Assembly: GCA_046290465.1 (NCBI GenBank) | Contig: JBKAGP010000001.1 | Coordinates: forward strand, 6,336,001 to 6,400,000 | From: Planctomycetota bacterium | GTDB lineage: Bacteria; Planctomycetota; UBA1135; UBA2386 | Direction of reading: 5' to 3' | Length of the DNA: 64,000 nucleotides | Shown here: one piece after another, positions 30,354-38,663 of the stretch | Layout of the letters: each line of letters starts with the position of its first letter | Position numbering within the stretch: position 1 is the first letter of the stretch | Notes under the pieces: generated by a model | Told to the model about the DNA's origin: nothing | The model's database searches: none | The model's input: the letters and a program-made list of their open reading frames with translations, nothing else | Program-made: the position numbers and the translations under genes

Positions 30354-31600
30354 CGACCTTCCTCCTGGGCCTGCAGGTAGTGGCGCACGGCGCGGCGGCG
30401 CTGCTTGCGCGCCGCCATCGGCTGGTAGCCGGGCACCTCGACCCCGCGCGTCGCCAGGAACGTCTGCGCGGTGATGCGCACCGCCGCGCTGCGGTCGTCG
30501 AGCGCCAGCACGTTCTCGTCGCGGATGCCGCGGGTGAACGCCTCGCGGCCGTCACAGGTCTCGAGCAGCAGCGACAGCGACGCCGGGTCGCCGACCAGCG
30601 CGCCGAGGTGGCGGGTCACCGAGGCCCGCATCGCCGGCGTCAGCTCGTCGCGTTCGAGCCGCGGCATCAGCGAACTCCACAGGCCGCGCTCGAGCTGCCA
30701 GGCGACGTCGTCGGCGTCGGCGTCGGCCGCGGTCATGCCCTTGGTCACGGCGATCAGCGCGCGTTCGTCGGCGACCGTCAGCACGTCGACGGCGCGCTCG
30801 AGCTGCAGCGGCGAGACCAGCGCCAGCAGCGCCGGCCGGCGGTTGCGCGCGCCGACGGCCTCGCGCGCGACCTGCCAGGCCTTGCGGCGCGGGCTGATCT
30901 TCGGCGGCTCCGGCGCGGGATCGGCATCGGCGATCGCGATCGCGTCGCGCACGGCGTCGTCGGCGGCGGCGCCGGTCGGCGCGAACAGCACCAGCAGGCC
31001 GCCCGGCCGCAGGTCGTCGGTCGGCACGAACAGCGCGCCCGGGCCGTCGGCCGTCGCGGCCGGCTCGATCACCAGCACCTCGCGGCCGGCGCCTTCGTCG
31101 GCCGGCACGTCGAGCATCGCGTTGACGTGGCCGGTGTGGTCCTTGTCGAGGTGCAGCTCGATCTGCGGCAGCTGCGCGGCCGCCGCCGGCAGCAGCGTGC
31201 CGAGGCCCGGCGCCAGCACCACGTCGGCGGTGGCCAGCTGCTGTTCGCGCAGCGGGTCGCCGCGGCCGTCGTCGGCCTGCCAGCCGGCGACCGCCTCGGC
31301 GTCGAGCCAGCGGCTGCCGATCGGCATGCGGGTGCTGCCGCGGAACGGCTCGCCGCGGTCGCGCACGATCGCAGAACTCGCCTGCGAGATCGCCTCGCCG
31401 GTCGGCTCGTCGGCGACCGCCAGCCAGCGCACCGAGTACGCCAGCGCCTGGCCGTCGGCGCGCGCGTGCGGCACGCGCTGGTAGGTGACGGTCGGCGTCA
31501 GCGGCAGCAGGTCGAGCGGCTTCGGCGGGCTGCTGCAGCCCGCCAGCATGGCGAAGCCTGCGATGTGGAAAGTCGTGAAGGCGGTGGTGCGGCGGGACAC
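30350..31600 (-). CDS. Hypothetical lipoprotein
   Basis: Lipobox LAG-C and a helical C-terminus. ATGA-coupled to the DUF748-like gene. GTG start lies 6 nt after TACGGT. Confidence 0.7.
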   Translation of the reverse strand: MSRRTTAFTTFHIAGFAMLAGCSSPPKPLDLLPLTPTVTYQRVPHARADGQALAYSVRWLAVADEPTGEAISQASSAIVRDRGEPFRGSTRMPIGSRWLDAEAVAGWQADDGRGDPLREQQLATADVVLAPGLGTLLPAAAAQLPQIELHLDKDHTGHVNAMLDVPADEGAGREVLVIEPAATADGPGALFVPTDDLRPGGLLVLFAPTGAAADDAVRDAIAIADADPAPEPPKISPRRKAWQVAREAVGARNRRPALLALVSPLQLERAVDVLTVADERALIAVTKGMTAADADADDVAWQLERGLWSSLMPRLERDELTPAMRASVTRHLGALVGDPASLSLLLETCDGREAFTRGIRDENVLALDDRSAAVRITAQTFLATRGVEVPGYQPMAARKQRRRAVRHYLQAQEEGR

Positions 31601-31729
31601 AACGGCACCGTACGGCGCCTGCGCGAAGCTGCAACCGGACTGTCCTGGTGTTTCTTCGTGGCTGCCCGGTTACGGTGCCTGCGGCGGTCGTGTTCGCGAC
31701 GCCATTCCGTTGTTTGTCAGGAGGTATCC

Positions 31730-33904
31730 GTGTCGTCTGCAGCGCGTGTCGCCGCAATCCAGCTGATCGCCAGCAAGTCCCCGCTGCCCCTCGAGGCCGG
31801 CTCGGCCAACGTCCCGGAGCTCTTCGGGGTCAACGTGTTCGGCCTCGAGCAGATCCGACAGCGACTCCCCAAGGCAGCCTACCGCGCCCTGAAGATGTGC
31901 ATGCACCGCGGCCAGCAGCTCGACAGCGAGCTCGCCGACATGGTCGCTGCGCAGATGAAGCAGTGGGCGATCGAGCGCGGCGCGACGCACTTCACGCACT
32001 GGTTCCAGCCGATGACCGGCTCGACCGCGGAGAAGCACGACAGCTTCGTCGACTTCCGCGGCGGCGAGCTGATCATGGAGTTCAGCGGCAAGTCGCTGAT
32101 CAAGGGCGAGCCGGACGCCAGCTCGTTCCCGAGCGGCGGCCTGCGGGCGACGTTCGAGGCGCGCGGCTACACGGCGTGGGATCCGACCTCGCCGGCGTTC
32201 ATCCGCGAAACCCGCAGCGGCGCGACGCTGTGCATCCCGACGGCGTTCTGCTCGTGGACGGGCGAAGCGCTCGACGAGAAGACGCCGCTGCTGCGCAGCG
32301 CCGAGGCGCTCAACGGCGCCGCCTTGCGGGTGTTGCAGGCGATCGAGGTCGACACCATCCGGCACGTCTACCCGACGCTCGGCTGTGAGCAGGAGTACTT
32401 CCTGATCGACCGCGACTTCTACGTGCTCCGGCCCGACCTGGTCGCGACCGGGCGCACGCTGTTCGGCGCCAAGCCGCCGAAGGGCCAGGAGCTCGAGGAC
32501 CACTACTTCGGCTCGATCCCGCGCCGCGTGCTGTCGTTCATGCAGGACGTCGAGCAGGAGCTGTGGAAGCTCGGCGTGCCGGTCAAGACCCGCCACAACG
32601 AGGTCGCGCCGACCCAGTACGAGCTGGCGCCGATCTTCGAGCGCTCGACCGTCGCATCGGACCACAACATGCTGACGATGGAGGTGCTGAAGCAGGTCGC
32701 GCAGCGGCACGGCTTCCACTGCAACCTGCACGAGAAGCCCTACGCCGGCATCAACGGCAGCGGCAAGCACAACAACTGGGCGCTGTCGACCGACACCGGA
32801 GAGAACCTGCTCGAGCCGGGCAAGTCGCCGGAGGAGAACCGTCGCTTCATCGTGATGCTCGCCGCGGTGCTGCGCGCGGTCGACCGCCACGCCGACCTGC
32901 TGCGCGCGTCGATCGCGCACTCGGGCAACGACCACCGCCTCGGCGCCAACGAGGCGCCGCCGGCGATCCTGTCGGTCTACCTCGGCGAGCAGCTGACCGA
33001 GGTCGTCGACGGCCTGATCCGCGGCGAACGCGAGGCATCCCGCTCGGGCGACCTGATGAAGCTCGGCGTCACCGCGATGCCGCCGCTGCCGCGCGACGCC
33101 ACCGACCGCAACCGCACGTCGCCGTTCGCGTTCACCGGCAACAAGTTCGAGTTCCGCGCCGTCGGTTCGAGCCAGTCACCGTCCAAGCCGATGACGGTGC
33201 TCAACACCGCGGTCGCCGAATCGCTCGAGTTCCTGGCCAAGGACATCGAACGGCGTCGCGCCGAGGGTGCCGACAACCCGGTCGACGAGGCGGTCGCCGA
33301 CGTGCTGCGCGACCACCGGCGCATCGTCTTCAACGGCAACGGCTACTCGGACGAGTGGCGGATCGAGGCCGAGAAGCGCGGCCTGCCGAACACGCCGAAC
33401 GCGGTCGACGCGCTGCAGTGCCTGGGCGACCAGAAGAACGTCGAGCTGTTCGACGGCCTCGGCGTGCTGACGCCGGCTGAACTCGAGTCGCGCAAGAACA
33501 TCGCGCTCGAGTCGTACAGCAAGGCGATCGCGATCGAGGGCCAGAGCGCCCTGTCGATCGCCCGCACGATGATCCTGCCGGCGGCGCAGAAGACCCAGCG
33601 CGACGTCGCCGACAGCTTGTCGTCGGCGAAGATCCACGGGCTCGCGATCGAGAAGCAGTCCGAGCGCCTGCGCGACATGACGATGCGCATCGAGGCGTTC
33701 GTGCAGTGCATCGACGAACTCGCCGACGTGTTCGACAAGTGCGAACACCACGATGGCTCCGAGTTCGAGCACGCCAAGGCCTACCGCGACCTGGTGGTGC
33801 CGGCGATGAACCGCCTGCGCGAGCAGGCGGACCAGCTCGAGACGATGACCGACGACGACTACTGGCCGCTGCCGAAGTACCGCGAACTGCTGTTCCTGCA
33901 CTAG
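31730..33904 (+). CDS. glnA: Glutamine synthetase type III
   Basis: THFTHWFQPMTGSTAEKHDSF, EPDASSFPSGG, HRLGANEAPP, DRNRTSPFAFTGNKFEFR and WPLPKY.ELLF motifs. AGGAGG precedes GTG 31730. Confidence 0.96.
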   Translation: MSSAARVAAIQLIASKSPLPLEAGSANVPELFGVNVFGLEQIRQRLPKAAYRALKMCMHRGQQLDSELADMVAAQMKQWAIERGATHFTHWFQPMTGSTAEKHDSFVDFRGGELIMEFSGKSLIKGEPDASSFPSGGLRATFEARGYTAWDPTSPAFIRETRSGATLCIPTAFCSWTGEALDEKTPLLRSAEALNGAALRVLQAIEVDTIRHVYPTLGCEQEYFLIDRDFYVLRPDLVATGRTLFGAKPPKGQELEDHYFGSIPRRVLSFMQDVEQELWKLGVPVKTRHNEVAPTQYELAPIFERSTVASDHNMLTMEVLKQVAQRHGFHCNLHEKPYAGINGSGKHNNWALSTDTGENLLEPGKSPEENRRFIVMLAAVLRAVDRHADLLRASIAHSGNDHRLGANEAPPAILSVYLGEQLTEVVDGLIRGEREASRSGDLMKLGVTAMPPLPRDATDRNRTSPFAFTGNKFEFRAVGSSQSPSKPMTVLNTAVAESLEFLAKDIERRRAEGADNPVDEAVADVLRDHRRIVFNGNGYSDEWRIEAEKRGLPNTPNAVDALQCLGDQKNVELFDGLGVLTPAELESRKNIALESYSKAIAIEGQSALSIARTMILPAAQKTQRDVADSLSSAKIHGLAIEKQSERLRDMTMRIEAFVQCIDELADVFDKCEHHDGSEFEHAKAYRDLVVPAMNRLREQADQLETMTDDDYWPLPKYRELLFLH

Positions 33905-33987
33905 GAGCGCGTCCATGTAGTGGACGCGCTGCCAACCGTGATCGCGGAAGCGGCGTGTAGGCGTGCGGACGGGGCTATGTCCACTAG
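33901..33987. repeat. Dispersed CTAG-bounded element, copy 1 (at the glnA stop codon)
   Basis: Near-identical to 45393..45478. Internal hairpin agcgcgtcca-tgtag-tggacgcgct. Confidence 0.85.
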
Positions 33988-34076
33988 CGGTGCGGGCGGC
34001 GTCGTTCGCGCCGCGGCGGGAATCCGCTGCGGGGGAGCGGGTCCATTTTGCGCACGGGTCTGGTATGACCCTGCGC

Positions 34077-34556
34077 ATGTCGATCCCCATCCGTCCTTCC
34101 GGCCGCGCGCTCGCGGCCGCCGCGCTGCTCGGCCTGCTGTCCGGCTGCAGCAACGAGCCCGCGCAGCCCCGCGAGGTCACCTTTGAGCTGACCGGCAACG
34201 ACCAGATGAAGTTCAGCCAGGAACGCTTCGAGGTCGACGCGCCGGCGAAGCTGACGATCCGGCTGAAGAACGTCGGCACGATGCTGAAGCAGACGATGGG
34301 CCACAACCTCGTGCTGCTGAAGAAGGGCGTCGACGTGCTCGAGTTCTCGGCGGACTGCGTGTCGGCGGGGCCGAATGCCGACAACGACTACCTGCCCGAA
34401 AAGGTGCGCGGGCAGGCCCTGGCGTGGACCAAGGTGCTCGGGCCGAACGAGCAGGACTCGCTGGTCGTCGACCTGAACGAGCCGGGCTCGTACGCCTACG
34501 TCTGCACGTTCCCCGGACACTTCGCCACGATGCGTGGCGTGATCCAGGTGAAGTGA
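34077..34556 (+). CDS. Azurin/plastocyanin-family blue copper lipoprotein
   Basis: Lipobox LSG-C, ND.M.F, MGHNLVL and the type-1 Cu ligands in CTFPGHFATM. Confidence 0.92.
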   Translation: MSIPIRPSGRALAAAALLGLLSGCSNEPAQPREVTFELTGNDQMKFSQERFEVDAPAKLTIRLKNVGTMLKQTMGHNLVLLKKGVDVLEFSADCVSAGPNADNDYLPEKVRGQALAWTKVLGPNEQDSLVVDLNEPGSYAYVCTFPGHFATMRGVIQVK

Positions 34557-34598
34557 CGTGCGCTGCGCGCGCGCCTGCGCGCCGCGACGGCGCGAGCG

Positions 34599-35354
34599 CT
34601 ACTCGACCGTGATCTTGATCGTCTTCGACGCGAGCTGCTTGCCGTAGCTGCGGTGTGCCGCGTCGGCGAACTGCATCGTCAGCTCGTAGGTGCCCGGCTC
34701 GAGCTCGACCTTGGCTTCGGTCTGGGCCTTGCCGTAGTGCAGGTAGTCGCCGGTGTTCATCGGCAGCACCAGGCCCGGCGTCACCACGCCCTTGTTGATC
34801 GAGATGTGGTGGTGGCCCATGGTCTTGTCGAGCTGGTTCTCACCGGCCGGCGACATCGCGGCGCCGGTCATGCCGAAGCGCACCTGGAACGGCGACTTGA
34901 CGGTCGCGCCGTCCTTGGGCTCGAGCCACTGCACGCCGAGGTCCTTCGGGGTCGCCTCGACGGTGTACTCGACCTGCTTGTGCTTGTCGGTCGCCTTGCC
35001 GTCCTTGTCGAAGTGGTGCACGTGCACGGTCTGCTTGCCGGTCGGCAGCTTGACGTAGCCAGCGGTCTTGCCCGCCTCGAACGCCATCGCGCCGTCGGGC
35101 ATCGCGTCGCCGACCGCGAGGCCTTCGCCGCCGACGACGACGGCGATCGTGCCCTCGACGCTGCCTTCCTTGGCCGGGTCGCCGACGTAGATGCCGGTGT
35201 CGGCGAACACCGTCGAACCGCTCTCCGGCCAGACCACGAACGACAGCGGCGCGGCGTCGCCGCCGCCCTGGTTTGCGGGCTTGGGTTCTTCGGTCGAGCA
35301 GGCGGAGAAGGCCAGCAGGGCGCCGGCGCACAGCAGGGACAGATGCAGCTTCAT
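34599..35354 (-). CDS. DUF4399-like lipoprotein
   Basis: Lipobox FSA-C, EP.DGATVKSPF.V.FG, GHHH and HYGKAQTE....L.PG.Y.LT.QFAD..H.SY motifs. Confidence 0.8.
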   Translation of the reverse strand: MKLHLSLLCAGALLAFSACSTEEPKPANQGGGDAAPLSFVVWPESGSTVFADTGIYVGDPAKEGSVEGTIAVVVGGEGLAVGDAMPDGAMAFEAGKTAGYVKLPTGKQTVHVHHFDKDGKATDKHKQVEYTVEATPKDLGVQWLEPKDGATVKSPFQVRFGMTGAAMSPAGENQLDKTMGHHHISINKGVVTPGLVLPMNTGDYLHYGKAQTEAKVELEPGTYELTMQFADAAHRSYGKQLASKTIKITVE

Positions 35355-35531
35355 GGTTCGGGCGGGGGTCTGAACGGGGTCGGGGTCAGCCGGTGAGCAT
35401 AGGCTCGGGCCGCACCTGGGCCACGAATCATCCGTTGCCAAGGGGGCGAGAGGGCCCACGGTGCCGCAATTCGGGCTGGCCGCACGCAGGCGGCAGTCCG
35501 TTCGCGCTCTGCGCGTGCAGCGCGGCTCGGA

Positions 35532-36758
35532 TCAGTTTGCCCGCTGCAGCTGCAGCAGCGGCAGCACGATCGCGATCACGATGCCGGCGACCACGGCCGC
35601 GAGCAGCACGATGATGATCGGCTCGAGGATGCTGGTCAGCTTGGACGTGGCCAGGTCGACCTCCTCGTCGTAGGTCGCGCTGATGCGCTCGAGCATCTCC
35701 TCGAGGTTGCCGGCCTGCTCGCCGACGCCGACCATGTAGGAGATCGTCGGCGGGAACGCGCCGGACATCTTCATCGGGGTCGCGATGTCGGTGCCCTCGA
35801 CGACGCGGTCGTGCACGTTCTGCAGGGCGTTCTGCAGCACCTTGTTGTCGAGCACGTTCTTGGTGATCGAGATCGCCTGCAGCGCCGGCACGCCGGAGCG
35901 CAGCAGCGTCGCCAGCGTGATCGAGAAGCGGGCCATCGCCTGCTTGCGCGCCAGGTCGCCGAACACGGGCAGCTTCAGCTTGAAGTTGTCCCAGGCCAGG
36001 CGGCCCTTGTCGCTGTTGACGAACATCTGGAACGCGATCACGAGGCACAGCGCGCCGACCATGACCAGCAGCCAGTAGTTGACCAGGAACTCCGAGCAGG
36101 CGACCAGGATCTGGGTCGGCAGCGGCAGGTCCTGGCCGCGCCCCTTGATCAGCTGGGTCACGCGCGGCACGACCGCGGTCATCAGGATCGCGACGACGAT
36201 GACGCCGACGATCATCATGATCATCGGGTAGATCATCGCGGCGCCGACCTTGTTCTTCAGGCGCGTCTGGGCCTGCAGGAACTGCGCGAGGCGCACCAGC
36301 ACCTGGTCGAGCGCGCCCGACGACTCGCCGGCGCGCACCATGTTGGAGTACAGCTCGGTGAAGTAGGCGGGGTGCTGCAGCACCGCGTCGCCGAGCGGCA
36401 TGCCCTGCGTGACCTTCTCGCGGATGTCGCGGAACACGCTCTCGACCTTCTTGTCGGGGGCCTGCTCGATGATCATGCGCAGCGCCTCGGCCAGCGGGAT
36501 GCCGGCCTGCAGCAGCGAGGCCATCTGGCGGGTCACCGCGGCGATCTGCTCGGTGCGGTACTTGTTGGGCGAGTCGACGCCGGTGACACCCTTGATCGAG
36601 ACGGCCGCCTTCTTCTTGCCGCGCGACTCCTTGATGTCGGTGACGAACAGCGCGTCCCGCTTGAGCTTGAGGCGGGCGTCGCGCGGGGTGTCCGCGTCGA
36701 TGATGCCCTTCTTGACCCGGTTGTCCGAGTCGATCGCCTTGTATTCGAAGATCGGCAT
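35532..36758 (-). CDS. gspF: Type II secretion inner-membrane platform protein
   Basis: TRQMASLL.AGIPL, MVRAGESSG.LD.VL..LA, AMIYP, GEQAGNLE.ML and LEP motifs. Confidence 0.93.
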   Translation of the reverse strand: MPIFEYKAIDSDNRVKKGIIDADTPRDARLKLKRDALFVTDIKESRGKKKAAVSIKGVTGVDSPNKYRTEQIAAVTRQMASLLQAGIPLAEALRMIIEQAPDKKVESVFRDIREKVTQGMPLGDAVLQHPAYFTELYSNMVRAGESSGALDQVLVRLAQFLQAQTRLKNKVGAAMIYPMIMMIVGVIVVAILMTAVVPRVTQLIKGRGQDLPLPTQILVACSEFLVNYWLLVMVGALCLVIAFQMFVNSDKGRLAWDNFKLKLPVFGDLARKQAMARFSITLATLLRSGVPALQAISITKNVLDNKVLQNALQNVHDRVVEGTDIATPMKMSGAFPPTISYMVGVGEQAGNLEEMLERISATYDEEVDLATSKLTSILEPIIIVLLAAVVAGIVIAIVLPLLQLQRAN

Positions 36759-36810
36759 GAAGTGGTGGGGGCGCCGGGATCAGCTGGGACGAGCAGAGAG
36801 GTCGGTCGGA

Positions 36811-38571
36811 TCAGGTGACGTCGAGCTGGGTGACGCGCAGGACCTCTTCCGGCGTCGTCATCCCGTTCATCAGCTTGTTGATGCCGTCCATGCGCAGGGT
36901 GCGCAGGCCGCGCTCGAGCGCGCCCCGCTTGATCTCGCTGGCGGTCGCCTTGTTGATGATCTGCTCCTGCACCACGGTGTCGATCGGCATCACCTCGTAG
37001 ATGGCCGTGCGGCCCGAGAAGCCCGAACGGAAGCACTCGTCGCAGCCCTTGCCGACCCACAGCTTGCCGTCGGTCAGCTGGTCCGGGGTCAGCTGCAGGT
37101 CCTCGAGGTAGAAGCGCTGCTGTTCGCTCGGCGTGACCGGCTCGCGGCAGTTGGGGCAGATCGTGCGCAGCAGGCGCTGCGCGATCACGCACAGCAGCGA
37201 CGACGACACCAGGTAGGGCTCGACGCCGATGTCGATCAGGCGCGAGACCGTCGAGGCGGAGTCGTTGGTGTGCACCGTCGAGAACACCAGGTGGCCGGTC
37301 AGCGCCGCGCGGATCGCGATGTCGGCGGTCTCGTTGTCGCGGACCTCACCGACCATCATCACGTCCGGGTCCTGACGCAGGAACGAACGCAGGCCGGCCG
37401 CGAACGTCAGGCCCTTCTTGGTGTTGACCTGGACCTGGCTGATGCCGTCGAGGTTGTATTCGACCGGGTCCTCGATGGTCAGGATGTTGAGCTCCGGCGC
37501 GTTGATCGCGTCGAGGCAGGCGTAGAGCGTCGTGGTCTTGCCGGAGCCGGTCGGGCCGGTCACGAAGATCACGCCGTGGCTGTAGTTGATGTAGCGGCGG
37601 ATCGTGCGCTCGGCGTCCTCCTCGAGGCCGATGTCGTCGAGCGCGTAGACCTTGGTGGTCTTGTCGAGGATCCGGAACACGATGCGTTCGCCACCGGCGA
37701 CCGGCACCGTCGAGATCCGCACGTCGACGTCGCCGTCGCCGATACGGATCGACGCGCGGCCGTCCTGCGGCAGGCGGCGCTCGGCGATGTCCATCTTGCC
37801 CATGACCTTGACGCGGGAGACGATCGCCTCCTGCGCCCGGCGCGGGATCGACTCCATGTCGTAGAGCACGCCGTCGATGCGCATGCGCACCTGCAGGCGG
37901 TCGCCGTAGGGCTGCAGGTGGATGTCCGAGGCGCGCAGCTTGAGGGCCTGGAACAGCAGCATGTTGACCAGCTTGATGACCGGCGCCTTGTTGGCGTCGA
38001 GCAGGTCCTCCGACTCCTCGATGTTCTCGGCGATCGAGACGATGTCGGTGTCCTTGACGTCCTGCAGCGCCTCGTCGACGCCGTCGGCCTTGTGGCGGTA
38101 GGCGCGGTTGATCAGGTTGTTGATCTCGCTGCGCCGCGCCAGCACCGCCTCGACCTCGCGGCCCATCATGGTCGCCAGGTCGTCCATCGGCTGCACGTCG
38201 AGCGGCCGGTGGGTGACGACGCGGATGGTGTCGTCGACCTCGTCCTCACCGATCGCGATCAGCGCGTGGGTGCGCGCGAACTGCACCGGCACGTCCTGGA
38301 TGAACGCGTCGGGCACGTTGACGCCCTCGAGGCTGTCGACGTAGTCGATGCCGAGCAGGTCCCCGAACAGCTCGAGGCACGCCTTCTCCTGCAGGAAGCC
38401 CTTCTGGATCAGCACCTGGTCGAGCTGCTGCTCGCCGTCGCGCTCCTCCAGCAGCGCCTCCTGGATCTGGGCATCGCTGAGGCCGGCCTTCTTCAGCAGG
38501 CTCTGGCGGATGCGATCCTGGGGGAAACCGCCGCTCTCGGGGGCGTCGGTGGTGGGCGTGGTGTCCGTCAT
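36811..38571 (-). CDS. gspE: Type II secretion ATPase (GspE/PilB family)
   Basis: ASDIH, MDIAERRLPQDG, Walker [41 protein letters not shown] and a tetracysteine motif. Confidence 0.94.
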   Translation of the reverse strand: MTDTTPTTDAPESGGFPQDRIRQSLLKKAGLSDAQIQEALLEERDGEQQLDQVLIQKGFLQEKACLELFGDLLGIDYVDSLEGVNVPDAFIQDVPVQFARTHALIAIGEDEVDDTIRVVTHRPLDVQPMDDLATMMGREVEAVLARRSEINNLINRAYRHKADGVDEALQDVKDTDIVSIAENIEESEDLLDANKAPVIKLVNMLLFQALKLRASDIHLQPYGDRLQVRMRIDGVLYDMESIPRRAQEAIVSRVKVMGKMDIAERRLPQDGRASIRIGDGDVDVRISTVPVAGGERIVFRILDKTTKVYALDDIGLEEDAERTIRRYINYSHGVIFVTGPTGSGKTTTLYACLDAINAPELNILTIEDPVEYNLDGISQVQVNTKKGLTFAAGLRSFLRQDPDVMMVGEVRDNETADIAIRAALTGHLVFSTVHTNDSASTVSRLIDIGVEPYLVSSSLLCVIAQRLLRTICPNCREPVTPSEQQRFYLEDLQLTPDQLTDGKLWVGKGCDECFRSGFSGRTAIYEVMPIDTVVQEQIINKATASEIKRGALERGLRTLRMDGINKLMNGMTTPEEVLRVTQLDVT

Positions 38572-38663
38572 CTGTCTGGCTGCGGTTGGGTGCGGTAGGT
38601 CGCGACGGGCCCCGGCGGAGCGGCGCCCGTGCGAAGGGCCGGCGCCGGGGCGTCGGCGGGGGG

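Noticed and set aside
25263..30474. Very long + strand ORFs (1705 aa, 1141 aa) and similar long antisense or alternative-frame ORFs elsewhere, e.g. 59220..63218 and 52433..55459
   Set aside because: These are shadow ORFs caused by high GC and stop-poor antisense frames. They overlap well-supported genes and carry no motifs.
31601..31685. Inverted repeat ggcaccgta/tacggtgcc upstream of glnA, a possible riboswitch or operator
   Set aside because: It is explained more simply by two divergent TACGGT -10 hexamers, one for each flanking gene. No known riboswitch consensus was recognised.
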